Assembly: GCA_003220055.1 (NCBI GenBank)
Contig: QHRF01000083.1
Location: 564 to 64,563, forward strand
Length of the DNA: 64,000 nt
Direction of reading: 5' to 3'
Source of the DNA: Verrucomicrobiota bacterium
GTDB lineage: Bacteria; Verrucomicrobiota; Verrucomicrobiia; Chthoniobacterales; UBA10450
Shown one piece after another: positions 35,311 through 44,397 of the stretch (the stretch's first letter is position 1; each line of letters starts with the position of its first letter). A program made the position numbers and the translations under genes. The notes below the pieces were generated by a model that worked only from the letters and a program-made list of their open reading frames with translations, did no database searches and was not told the DNA's origin.

Positions 35311-35394
35311 CCCGCGAATTACGCGAATGAGACGAATTCTTAAGAGAGAAAGCTTTTGCCTTCGATTTTTCGTGTGATTCGCGTCATTCGCGGG
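35311..35394 (+). repeat. Structured intergenic element X1 (18-bp stem enclosing 48 nt; TTTCGTGT next to the 3' arm)
   Basis: cccgcgaattacgcgaat (35311-35328) pairs 17/18 with attcgcgtcattcgcggg (35377-35394). Homologous in layout to 50181-50260. Confidence 0.65.
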
Positions 35395-35459
35395 CATCTT
35401 TCTCGACTCGACAGACGTGCAGAAGCTATTGCAAGATCAACCTTGAACCTCCGCCGCTT

Positions 35460-35858
35460 ATGAGACAAATACCGAAAACCGAATTGTCGCCGGATAACGG
35501 CTGTATTATCGACATGAAGTGGAAACTGGGGTCGCTCGGATATCACGCCAGCGCGGCCGGCAAAGAAGCTGCGCCCGCTTCCAAGGAAGCCATCCGACTG
35601 CCCGAGCTCGTCCTTTATGATCACATTGGTTTCAAAGGTGCCTACGCGCGGACGAACTTGAGCTTTCATTATATCGGCGATTTCTGGAACGACCGGATCA
35701 GTTGTCTGATCGTGGTCAGCGGTGTCTGGCGATTTTATCGGGACGAATATTACAAAGGCCCGCACTGGGACCTCGGCCCCGGCTATTACGAAAGTTTTTT
35801 CGCCGCCAAAGGCCCTGACGACGTGGTCAGCTCCTTCCAGTGCGTCGCGCTGACGTAG
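35460..35858 (+). CDS. Beta/gamma-crystallin-fold domain protein
   Basis: Two Greek-key signatures YDHIGFKG and YRDEYYKG, with NDRISCLIV / DVVSSFQCV. An internal ATG at 35514 is also possible. Preferred over the antisense ORF 35340-35765. Confidence 0.65.
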   Translation: MRQIPKTELSPDNGCIIDMKWKLGSLGYHASAAGKEAAPASKEAIRLPELVLYDHIGFKGAYARTNLSFHYIGDFWNDRISCLIVVSGVWRFYRDEYYKGPHWDLGPGYYESFFAAKGPDDVVSSFQCVALT

Positions 35859-35887
35859 TTTCGTCCGGGACAGTCTAACGGCGAAGT

Positions 35888-36277
35888 ATGACAGAAGAAG
35901 TAGTCGCTTCTGGAAAGAACCGTCACGGATGTCTGACGGCCTACCTGATCGTCATGATCATTGCGAACTCGTTAACGGGCCTGCTCTACCTTTTTGGCGC
36001 CGATGCGATCAAACAGAGGCTTCCTAATATGCCGAACTGGGCCTTTCCGGTTCTCATCGCTATCGCGATAATCAATCTGATCTGCGCCTTTGCCCTGTTT
36101 AGGTGGAAGAAATGGGGGTTCTGGGGATTTGCGCTATCGAGCCTTATCGTGTTCGCGGTAAATCTCGCTATCGGTCTTAATATCGTATCGGCTATCCTCG
36201 GTCTCGTTGGTGTGGCAGTTCTTTTTGGGGTGCTTCACATCGGCAAAGAGAACAAGGGCTGGACACAGCTCGAGTAA
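35888..36277 (+). CDS. Hypothetical integral membrane protein (about 4 TM)
   Basis: 129 aa made almost entirely of hydrophobic helices (LTAYLIVMIIANSLTGLLYLF, AFPVLIAIAIINLICAFALF ...). Confidence 0.6.
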   Translation: MTEEVVASGKNRHGCLTAYLIVMIIANSLTGLLYLFGADAIKQRLPNMPNWAFPVLIAIAIINLICAFALFRWKKWGFWGFALSSLIVFAVNLAIGLNIVSAILGLVGVAVLFGVLHIGKENKGWTQLE

Positions 36278-36293
36278 GAATCACTCGCTCCTT

Positions 36294-37241
36294 TCACTCC
36301 GCCGACGAAGAAAAGCTGAAGACGGTCTCGGCGCAGCCCCAGGAAAGAGTGAAACCAGAGCCGCCGTGTCCGTAGTTATGAATGACAGTGCGACCGTCGC
36401 GACGTTTTCCGCACTCGAGGCGAACGCCTGATTTTCGAAACGGGCGGAGACCGACGCGTTCGTTAAGCACGCGCGGATTATCAATCTTCAACACGCGGCT
36501 GCATTCATCGACGATCGCGGTCGTTGTCGCTGGATTCGCTGCAAGATCATTGCTGACGTCATTCGTGCCGCCGAAAACGCAATCGTTCGTCCGCGGGATC
36601 GCGTACATGAGCGGCGCGTCATCGCAAACGATCGCGCACTTCAGATTGTCGATCTTCGGAACGATCGCGACCTGTCCGCGGTGCGGCTCCAGATCAATAT
36701 CGTGCACGAGTCCGCGCGCTCCGATTCCAGCGCAATTGATCACGAGATTGAATTTTGGATCGACATCTTCAAGCTTTTCAAACCGAACGTTGGCATTGAT
36801 TGAGCCGCCGGCTTTTTGAAAGCGGTTCACGAGGTAATCGAGATAAATGGTCGTGTCCATGAGAGGGACGTTGAGAGACAAGCCGGAGGAGAAAACAGTA
36901 AAAGATTTCTCCACTTCGGTCGGAATGACAAAAGATTGAGCCCAATCGGGGATTTGGATTTCGCCGGTGCGGCAATATTGATGGAGCTCGATTATCGAGA
37001 CGCCGCTGCGCGGATCTCTGCAAAGATCGACAAGCACTTTGTAAGTCGCAAGCGCCCACGGGATCACTTTGTCCGCCGGCTCGGCGTCGTAGGGAAACCA
37101 AAGCGCAGCCGCTGCGCCGGAAGTGGTTTGCTGGCCAATCTGTTCGGCAAAGATCGCGGCGCGAAATCCGCGCTCGGCAAAAAGAACGCCGCAGGTCAGT
37201 CCGGAAACGCCGCCGCCCACGATGGCGATTGATTTAGCCAT
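36294..37241 (-). CDS. FAD-dependent oxidoreductase, D-amino-acid-oxidase family
   Basis: IAIVGGGVSGLTCG dinucleotide fold and HNYGHGGSGFTLSWG near the C-terminus. Confidence 0.85.
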   Translation of the reverse strand: MAKSIAIVGGGVSGLTCGVLFAERGFRAAIFAEQIGQQTTSGAAAALWFPYDAEPADKVIPWALATYKVLVDLCRDPRSGVSIIELHQYCRTGEIQIPDWAQSFVIPTEVEKSFTVFSSGLSLNVPLMDTTIYLDYLVNRFQKAGGSINANVRFEKLEDVDPKFNLVINCAGIGARGLVHDIDLEPHRGQVAIVPKIDNLKCAIVCDDAPLMYAIPRTNDCVFGGTNDVSNDLAANPATTTAIVDECSRVLKIDNPRVLNERVGLRPFRKSGVRLECGKRRDGRTVIHNYGHGGSGFTLSWGCAETVFSFSSSAE

Positions 37242-37250
37242 GAAGAAAGT

Positions 37251-37274
37251 TGTAGGGCAGGCGCACCGCCTGCC
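37251..37274. repeat. REP-like hairpin TGTAGGGCAGGCG-cac-CGCCTGCC
   Basis: The GGCAGGCG/CGCCTGCC stem is the same as at 32552-32570. Lies in the divergent spacer between the DAAO-like and mqn genes. Confidence 0.6.
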
Positions 37275-37318
37275 AACTCAAAACGCTCGTAAGCGCTGCG
37301 CGAATCGGTTAAATTAGG

Positions 37319-38413
37319 GTGATGGTTTCACTAAATCGCGACGCGCTGACCGACAAAGTGCTCGAAGGCGGACGAATCTCGCCAGAGGAAGCGCTTCAGC
37401 TTTATTCGCTGCCGCTGGAAGAATTGGGCGCGTTGGCAAATGTGCGGCGAAACCTGGCCAAGGAAAAAAGTTACGGCGGACGCGGGCGCGAGATCGTGAC
37501 CTACATTGCGGACCGCAACATCAATTACACCAATGTTTGCAACGTGTATTGCAAGTTCTGCGCGTTTTACCGGACGGAGCGCGATGAAGACCATTACGTT
37601 CTTTCGCTGGAACAAATCGACCAGAAACTCGACGAACTCTCGGCGGCCGGCGGAGTTCAAATCCTAATGCAGGGCGGGCACCATCCGAAATTGCCGTTCG
37701 CGTGGTATCTCGATCTTTTGCAGCACATCCGAACAAAATATCCGCACATCAATATCCACGGATTCAGCCCGCCGGAGTTTCAGCATTTCGCGGAAACATT
37801 CCGAATGCCGCTACGGGAAGTGATTGCAGAATTCAAAAAAGCCGGGCTGGGATCCATCCCCGGCGGCGGCGGCGAAATTCTGGTCGATCGGGTGCGCAAG
37901 AAAATTTCGCCGTTGAAAATTAACAGCGACCAATGGCTGGAGGTGATGCAGGTCGCGCATGAGCTCGGTTTGAAATCGAGCGCCACGATGATGTTCGGTC
38001 ACGTCGAAACGACCGAAGAACGGATCGAACATTTGCAACGCATTCGCGATCAGCAGGACCGGAGCGGCGGGTTCACCGCTTTCATCTGCTGGACGTTCCA
38101 GCCGCAACACACGGTATTGAAGGTCGAACAGCCAACCGGCGTGGCCGAGTATTTGCGGACGCAGGCGCTCTCCCGGATTTTTTTGGACAACATCGACAAC
38201 ATCCAGAGTTCCTGGGTCACACAAGGGCCGGAGATCGGCCAAGTGGCATTGAAATATGGCGCCAACGACTTCGGTTCGGTAATGATGGAGGAAAATGTCG
38301 TGAGTGCGGCGGGAACTACTTTCTGTTTGAACGCAGTCCAAATCGAATCATTGATTCGCGATGCGGGTTACGAACCGCGCCGCCGAAATAATTCTTACGA
38401 ACTGTTGAACTGA
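37319..38413 (+). CDS. Radical-SAM menaquinone (futalosine pathway) enzyme, MqnC/MqnE family
   Basis: NINYTNVCNVYCKFCAFYR (CxxxCxxC) plus a CofH/ThiH-like C-terminal barrel. MqnC cannot be told from MqnE by eye. Confidence 0.8.
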   Translation: MMVSLNRDALTDKVLEGGRISPEEALQLYSLPLEELGALANVRRNLAKEKSYGGRGREIVTYIADRNINYTNVCNVYCKFCAFYRTERDEDHYVLSLEQIDQKLDELSAAGGVQILMQGGHHPKLPFAWYLDLLQHIRTKYPHINIHGFSPPEFQHFAETFRMPLREVIAEFKKAGLGSIPGGGGEILVDRVRKKISPLKINSDQWLEVMQVAHELGLKSSATMMFGHVETTEERIEHLQRIRDQQDRSGGFTAFICWTFQPQHTVLKVEQPTGVAEYLRTQALSRIFLDNIDNIQSSWVTQGPEIGQVALKYGANDFGSVMMEENVVSAAGTTFCLNAVQIESLIRDAGYEPRRRNNSYELLN

Positions 38414-38549
38414 ACGGCCCACGGCGTTGTCTATGACAGGCGCCTCGCCACTCGAAGAAAATCACGCCTTGACGATAGCCCGCTTCTCCTCTAATTGCGC
38501 CTGTCCCGCGCCAGTTTTTTATGCTGCGCGGGATTCGGCATCTTGATTT

Positions 38550-41075
38550 ATGAGAGAATTTCCGGGATCGGTACGGGGCTGGACGGCAGTAATGCTTTTC
38601 GTGACCGCGTTAGGATTGTTCGCGCCGGCGATTGCGCGCGGACAGCAGGCGCCGATCATCCGTTCGATCGATGTGCAATACTCCGGTCCTGCGACCGTGT
38701 CGAAGGACGTGATTCTGGCGCAAATCAGGACGGCGGTCGGTCAGCCCTATTCCGATTCGACGGTCGAAGACGACATTCGTAGTCTCTACAAGACCGGCAC
38801 CATCCAGAATGTGCGCATTTTTGCGCAGCCTGAAGAGGACGGCGTCAAGGTGATTGTCGCAGTCCAAACGCGACAGGTGCTGCGCGAACTAGTTATTGAC
38901 GGCGCCCAACGGGTAAGTGCGAAGAAGCTTCGCAAGGAAATCGGAGTGAAACTGAACTCGCCGGTCAATGAAGATGATCTTCAGAAAGCGCGCCAAAAGA
39001 TCATCGACAGGTATCAAAGCAAAGGTTTCACCGACATTACCGTGGATTTCCGGGTCGAGCCGATCGACGAGAGACGCGGGACGGCGCGCGTCATTTACAC
39101 GGTCAACGAAGGCGTGAGGGGCGCGGTCAAAAGAATCCGTTTTGAAGGCAACGAGCATTTCAGCGAAAAGATTCTGCGCAAGCAGATGAAAACTCGCGGC
39201 AAGACGATGATCGCATTCATCGACAAATCAGGGCGATTGGACGAGGTCCAACTGCAACAGGACCTCGACGCGATCAAAGAGTATTACCAAAACCACGGCT
39301 ACATCGACGTGGAGGTGCAGGAGACCGGCCGGGAACGAAAGAACGGGCCGCTTCTTATCACTATTGGAATCAAGGAGGGAACGCTCTATCACGTCAACAA
39401 ATTGTCCTTCGCCGGTTACAAGGAAACGACCGAGGAGAAAATTCGTAAGGTCATCAAAATGAAGGAGGGCTCCGTCTATTCGCCCAAGGACTTACACGAC
39501 GACGCGAAAGCAATCGCCGATAACTATGGCCGCGGCGGATATGTCGATCTTATCATTCTGCCGCAAGGGACCCCCGCTGGCGCCGGTTTGATCGACGTTC
39601 ATTACAAGATCGAAGAGGGCAATCGCTCGTTTGTGGAACGGATCAACATCATTGGGAACACGCGGACCAAGGACAAAGTGATCCGCCGCGAAATCTTGGT
39701 CAGGCCGGGCGATGTGTTCGACACGGTGCGAATGGACACGACTAAGAAACGCCTCGAAAACCTAGGCTACTTTACCAAAGTCGAAGCCTATCCGGAGGAA
39801 ACCGGGGTGGAGGGCCGCAAAGATTTGGTGATTCAGGTGGAAGAAAAACGAACCGGTTCGCTCAATTTCGGCGCCGGTTATAGCACGGTCGACAAATTGA
39901 TTGGTTTCGTGGAGCTGACTCAGGGCAATTTCGACATTACAAACTGGCCCGGATTAACCGGCGCCGGTCAAAAATTCCGGGCAAAAGCACAGATTGGTAG
40001 TGAGCGGAAAGATTTTGTGGTTGGCTTGACCGAGCCTTATTTTCTCGATCAGCGGCTTTCGCTCGGCGGGCAGCTATTTTATTCCGAAGCGAACTATCTA
40101 AGTTCGGCCTACGACCAGCGTAACTACGGCTTTTCACTGGAGGCGCGAAAGCCGCTCTTCTCATGGGTCTACGCAGTCCTCGGTTACAGCATACAAAATT
40201 ACGATATCTTTAACGTGGCCAATGGCGTCTCGCCGGAACTTCTTGCTGAAGAAGGGACAACGACGAAGAGCTCGGTCACCACCAGTTTAGTTTGGGACCG
40301 GAGGGACAATCCGTTTTTGACCCGAAAGGGCGAGCGAATTTCCATCACGTCTTACGTTGCCGGAGGCCCGTTGGGTGGAGACGAGCAAATTTACGGATTT
40401 GATATCGAAGCAACCAAATATATCCGGTTCCCCGGAGATCTGATCCTTTTGTTCGATGTCGAGGCAGCCACGGTGGACGTATGGAACAAGCCCGAGCAAA
40501 CCAGACTCAGCGGCTTTTTTGGTGAGGTCTTTGATATCAACGGTAAGCCGGTTATCGATCCATTAAACCCACCTAAGCAACTTAGTTTACCAATTAATGA
40601 ACTCGTCCCCACCGTCCCGATTTTCGACCGACTTTATCTGGGCGGGTCGAACAACCTGCGCGGTTTCCGTTTCCGCGACATCAGCCCGAAGGATTTCCAA
40701 GGTCAGCCACTCGGTGGTCAATCGATGGCCCGCGGGACGGTGGAACTGACCTTTCCCATCATTGAAAAGGCCCGGGGCGCGATATTTTACGACGCTGGTT
40801 TAGTCAATCCGGATCCATGGGATTTCGGGGATGAAACACTGATAGTTCAGCGCGGCCCCAACGCCCGGGCTAGCGCCAAGTACGCAAGAATAAACCATTT
40901 GCCTTACAATTTGACGCCCAAAGCCACGTTCGACAGCTTCGGGTCTGATTTCGGCGTTGGTCTGCGCCTGGATCTGCCGATCGGCCCGTTACGGCTCGAT
41001 TACGGTTATCCGATAGACCGGGCTGGAAATACCGGTCACGGCCACTTGAACTTCAGCGTCGGCTACCAATTTTAA
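38550..41075 (+). CDS. bamA: Outer-membrane protein assembly factor BamA (Omp85)
   Basis: Signal peptide, repeated POTRA-like modules (IRSIDVQYSG..., IKRIRFEGNEHFS..., VNKLSFAGYKE..., ERINIIGNTRTKDKVIRRE), and a C-terminal barrel ending ...LNFSVGYQF. Confidence 0.9.
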   Translation: MREFPGSVRGWTAVMLFVTALGLFAPAIARGQQAPIIRSIDVQYSGPATVSKDVILAQIRTAVGQPYSDSTVEDDIRSLYKTGTIQNVRIFAQPEEDGVKVIVAVQTRQVLRELVIDGAQRVSAKKLRKEIGVKLNSPVNEDDLQKARQKIIDRYQSKGFTDITVDFRVEPIDERRGTARVIYTVNEGVRGAVKRIRFEGNEHFSEKILRKQMKTRGKTMIAFIDKSGRLDEVQLQQDLDAIKEYYQNHGYIDVEVQETGRERKNGPLLITIGIKEGTLYHVNKLSFAGYKETTEEKIRKVIKMKEGSVYSPKDLHDDAKAIADNYGRGGYVDLIILPQGTPAGAGLIDVHYKIEEGNRSFVERINIIGNTRTKDKVIRREILVRPGDVFDTVRMDTTKKRLENLGYFTKVEAYPEETGVEGRKDLVIQVEEKRTGSLNFGAGYSTVDKLIGFVELTQGNFDITNWPGLTGAGQKFRAKAQIGSERKDFVVGLTEPYFLDQRLSLGGQLFYSEANYLSSAYDQRNYGFSLEARKPLFSWVYAVLGYSIQNYDIFNVANGVSPELLAEEGTTTKSSVTTSLVWDRRDNPFLTRKGERISITSYVAGGPLGGDEQIYGFDIEATKYIRFPGDLILLFDVEAATVDVWNKPEQTRLSGFFGEVFDINGKPVIDPLNPPKQLSLPINELVPTVPIFDRLYLGGSNNLRGFRFRDISPKDFQGQPLGGQSMARGTVELTFPIIEKARGAIFYDAGLVNPDPWDFGDETLIVQRGPNARASAKYARINHLPYNLTPKATFDSFGSDFGVGLRLDLPIGPLRLDYGYPIDRAGNTGHGHLNFSVGYQF

Positions 41076-41130
41076 TCGAATATTGACACTTGCGGTCGGG
41101 ACGGTTTCCGACGACTTATTTAGCCCTCTT

Positions 41131-41775
41131 ATGAAAAAATTGCTTTGTTTGACGGTTGTTTCCTTGCTCGTTCTGCCGATCGCGGCGCGGGCGCAGGGAA
41201 CCTTGAAGATCGGGACGGTCGATATGAACCGCACGTTCCGGGAATACAATAAGACCAAGGACGCTGAGGCGAAGATTAACGACGCCAAGAATCAGGCGAA
41301 AAAAGAATACGACGAACGTGCGGATGCCTATAAAAAAGCGCTCGACGATATCAACAACCTTAACAAACAGCTTGAAGCGCCGGCCCTGAGCGCCGATGCC
41401 AAGGCTCAGAAAGCCAAGGAACGCGACGACAAGATTTCAAACATCAAGAACATGGAGCGCGAAATCACCGAGTTTCGGCAGACGCGCGAACGCCAGCTTC
41501 AAGAGCAGGCGTTGCGCATGCGCGAAGGCATCGTCAAAGAAATTAGCGACGTTGTCATGGACAAGGTGAAAACAAGCAACCTCGACCTCGTCTTCGATAA
41601 ATCCGGCAACAGCCTCAATGGCGTTCCGGTGCTGATGTATTCTCGCGACAGCGTCGATTTCACGAACGACGTGATCACGGTCTTGAACAAGCCAGGCCGG
41701 GCCAGCTCGATAACAACTGGAACCCCGACCACGGCGACGACTCCGAGCGCTTCCGCGACTCCAAAGAAGCCTTAA
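41131..41775 (+). CDS. skp: OmpH/Skp family periplasmic chaperone
   Basis: MKKLLCLTVVSLLVLPIAARAQ signal. KIGTVDMNRTFREYNKTKDAE and a coiled-coil body. Canonical position after bamA. Confidence 0.85.
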   Translation: MKKLLCLTVVSLLVLPIAARAQGTLKIGTVDMNRTFREYNKTKDAEAKINDAKNQAKKEYDERADAYKKALDDINNLNKQLEAPALSADAKAQKAKERDDKISNIKNMEREITEFRQTRERQLQEQALRMREGIVKEISDVVMDKVKTSNLDLVFDKSGNSLNGVPVLMYSRDSVDFTNDVITVLNKPGRASSITTGTPTTATTPSASATPKKP

Positions 41776-41796
41776 CGGCAGCTGAAGAATTAAAGA

Positions 41797-41828
41797 ACAC
41801 ACGCGGGACAAACTCGCGTGTGTTTTTT
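41797..41828 (+). terminator. Rho-independent terminator
   Basis: ACACACGCG-ggacaaact-CGCGTGTGT followed by TTTTTT (41823-41828). Confidence 0.8.
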
Positions 41829-41879
41829 GCGTACAGGTTGAAGATTCGCGATTACGTTTCGGTTGGATTCGGAGCGAAG

Positions 41880-42722
41880 GTGAGTTCAAACCAAGACCAG
41901 CAAACTCGATCGCCAAAATGCGGACTTCCAGCGCTCTGGTGGATCGTCTTCGTTTCACTCACCCTGGTTCGACTCGGACAAGCGGCCCCAAGTTGGGAAT
42001 CCACTCTGACCAAAGATCCGCCCGGTAGCTTTCCCGAGCTTCGACCGGTCCGTACCACTTATCATTTCGGCTGGTCCGGGTTTACCGCCGGCACCGGCGA
42101 CATCCACTTTGCCAAGACGGCTGATAAGCGTTTTCAGCTTGAGGCGACCGGTCGAACGATTGGTCTCGTTCGCGCTCTGTGGAGATTGGACGCGAGCTAC
42201 CGCGGATTGGCCAACCCGGAAACGCTTCGTCCGATCGAAAGCAAACAGACCGAAATCTACCGAAAGAAAAAGCTCGTTACTGATCTCAGTTTCACCGATT
42301 CCGGCGTTATGCGAGCGCGAACGGAAGGGACCGGTGCCAAAGCAACCAAACCGTTCAATTTCCCCAACTTGTTCGATCTGCACAGCGCCCTGCTTTATCT
42401 GCGCAGCCAACCGTTAAGCGATCACGGCGTTTATCGCGTTGTCGTTTATCCAGCCACCTCCGCTTATCTGACAACTGTGACCGTTCTCGGCCGCGAACAC
42501 GTGGCCGTCCGAGCGGGCGCCTACAACGCGATCAAGATCGATCTTCAGCTTCAGCGCTTGGGCAAGAAACTTGAATTGGAGCCACATCGGAAATTCCGGC
42601 GCGCGACTATTTGGATCTCGGACGATGCAAACCGAATTCCGCTGCGCATTGAAGCACAGATTTTCGTCGGCACTGTCTTTGCCGAGCTCCAGGCGGTGCA
42701 CTTTGATCAGGAAAAAAGTTAA
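41880..42722 (+). CDS. DUF3108-like exported protein
   Basis: YHFGWSGFTAGTGDIHF...LEATGRTIGLVRALWRLD... pattern. The ORF-track start at 41820 lies inside the skp terminator, so the in-frame GTG at 41880 is proposed. The start remains uncertain. Confidence 0.6.
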   Translation: MSSNQDQQTRSPKCGLPALWWIVFVSLTLVRLGQAAPSWESTLTKDPPGSFPELRPVRTTYHFGWSGFTAGTGDIHFAKTADKRFQLEATGRTIGLVRALWRLDASYRGLANPETLRPIESKQTEIYRKKKLVTDLSFTDSGVMRARTEGTGAKATKPFNFPNLFDLHSALLYLRSQPLSDHGVYRVVVYPATSAYLTTVTVLGREHVAVRAGAYNAIKIDLQLQRLGKKLELEPHRKFRRATIWISDDANRIPLRIEAQIFVGTVFAELQAVHFDQEKS

Positions 42723-42785
42723 TGCTCTAATGTCGATCCGCTGACAAGATCCATCCGGCAAGGACGGATTCGCCGCGGCGGCCAA

Positions 42786-43562
42786 TCAGCGTTCAGGTAT
42801 CCATTCACCGCGCACTGGCGCTTCGCGGAACGGGCGGCGGCGCGGAACGCGAATCGGAGCGTTCGCACCTGGTAAGAGCTCGAGAGCGGCAAGAGTTTCC
42901 AAGTCGAGTCGCCCGGTGACCGGAAGGCGGACCCGAGCCTGATAGGCCCGTAAGGAAAATTCCAAACCAGGACTGGGGTACCCGTCGATCGCACCGCGAT
43001 AAAGCCCGCGCCGCGCCAGAAGATTTTGTGCTGAAATGATGACATCCCTCCGAACTTGCGGCGGCGCTGCTTCATACGGTGTGCCAGCAAAATCCTCCGC
43101 CGGATGCGCCGGACCTGTGTCGTAATCCGGTCGGACCGGTAATTGTTCGCCACCGCGAATCCGTCCGTCGGCGGATCGATCTTGCGGCGGTTCCGGAAAC
43201 GGCTGGCCAGTTAAAGGGTTTGTCGGAGCCGAACTTTCTCGCGGTTGGGCGCGCAAGTCCGAAGTTTCCGGCGCAGCCGGCGCTGGAGTTGGGGACGCTT
43301 TTACGATCGCGCGAGCGCCGGAAGAATCGACCCCAAGAGATTTGAGCGTTTCATCATTGAGATCGCCACTGATTTGAAGCCCGTTGCGGATTTGGTAGCG
43401 CCGAATCGCCGCCGTCGTGTCCGCATCTTTTTCGCCAGTAACTTCGCCGTAATAAAAACCCTGGTCCTTCAGCGCTTGCTGCACATTTTGGACGACTTGA
43501 TCTGCCCTTGCTCCTGCCACGAGTGCGGCCACCAGAACCACAACTGCGATCAAAAGTTTCAT
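42786..43562 (-). CDS. Secreted protein with two peptidoglycan-binding (PG_binding_1-like) domains
   Basis: VQQALKDQGFYYGEVTGEKDADTTAAIRRYQIRNGLQISGDLNDETL and AQNLLARRGLYRGAIDGYPSPGLEFSLRAYQ. Confidence 0.75.
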   Translation of the reverse strand: MKLLIAVVVLVAALVAGARADQVVQNVQQALKDQGFYYGEVTGEKDADTTAAIRRYQIRNGLQISGDLNDETLKSLGVDSSGARAIVKASPTPAPAAPETSDLRAQPRESSAPTNPLTGQPFPEPPQDRSADGRIRGGEQLPVRPDYDTGPAHPAEDFAGTPYEAAPPQVRRDVIISAQNLLARRGLYRGAIDGYPSPGLEFSLRAYQARVRLPVTGRLDLETLAALELLPGANAPIRVPRRRPFREAPVRGEWIPER

Positions 43563-43594
43563 GTCGATGTTGCTTTGACGCCGAAATCTGTCCG

Positions 43595-44395
43595 CTATTC
43601 AGTCCCCGCCCCGGTCACGGCCAGCGGCAGCTGCCGTTCTTTTAAAACGTCGCGATAACGCAGAATACCTTCGCTAATGGCCGCCGCCATCTGTTCGCGG
43701 TAATCGTTACTTTCCAGCTTCGTGATATCGTCCTTGTTGCTAAGAAACCCAGCTTCCACCAGCACCGCCGGGACTCCAACGTTGGCAATCACAAAGAACT
43801 GCTCGGCTTTTGTTCCGCGATCAGGCGCCTTCGTTCGCGCCACCATCGCTTCCTGAATGAACCGGGCCAAACTCTGGCTCGCCAAAGTGGGCGACTCGGC
43901 CGCCGGCCCCTGAAAAAAGGGAATCCACGAAACAAGCCGCGGGGCCGGAGCCGCCTGATGCTCGGCATAATAAGTTTCTACGCCGGCGACCACCTTTTTG
44001 CCTTCATTGAAATGGATGCTGACAAAGATACAATCCCGCGCGCGATTCGTAACTGCCGCGCGATCGGCGAGCGAAACATAACTGTCGCCAACTCGCGTCA
44101 TCAGCGTCGCCAGACCTTGGGCTTGAAGCAATCGATCGACCCGCTGCGCGATGTCGAAAGTCAGATCCTTCTCATAAATTGCGCCGCACATCGCGCCGGA
44201 ATCCTGGCCGCCGTGGCCAGGATCGAGAACAACCAGCGTGAATGGCGCCGGCGCGGCAGTATGGCGCACCGAAGGTTCCGGCCGTGGAGTGGAAAGGACC
44301 TGCCACCAGACGAACGACGCCGCCATCAGCGAAAGTCCCAGCCAGGCGACAATGTTTTTCATTGCCCCGCCGAAGCCGAATCGCCCTTGAAACAT
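43595..44395 (-). CDS. N-acetylmuramoyl-L-alanine amidase (Amidase_3 family)
   Basis: VVLDPGHGGQDSGA, SIHFN, PAVLVEAGFLSN. An alternative ATG at 44362 (MKNIVAWLG) gives a cleaner signal peptide. Confidence 0.85.
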   Translation of the reverse strand: MFQGRFGFGGAMKNIVAWLGLSLMAASFVWWQVLSTPRPEPSVRHTAAPAPFTLVVLDPGHGGQDSGAMCGAIYEKDLTFDIAQRVDRLLQAQGLATLMTRVGDSYVSLADRAAVTNRARDCIFVSIHFNEGKKVVAGVETYYAEHQAAPAPRLVSWIPFFQGPAAESPTLASQSLARFIQEAMVARTKAPDRGTKAEQFFVIANVGVPAVLVEAGFLSNKDDITKLESNDYREQMAAAISEGILRYRDVLKERQLPLAVTGAGTE

Positions 44396-44397
44396 CG

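Noticed and set aside
35340-35765. 141-aa minus-strand ORF opposite the crystallin-like gene.
   Set aside because: It has no motifs, and its C-terminal end runs into structured element X1. The plus-strand ORF has two clear Greek-key signatures.
38436-38450. gacaggcgcctcgcc, resembling half of the GGCAGGCG/CGCCTGCC REP stem, upstream of bamA.
   Set aside because: Only one arm is present, with a mismatch, and it has no TGTAG/CTACA flanks. At best it is a decayed remnant, so it is not reported as a feature.
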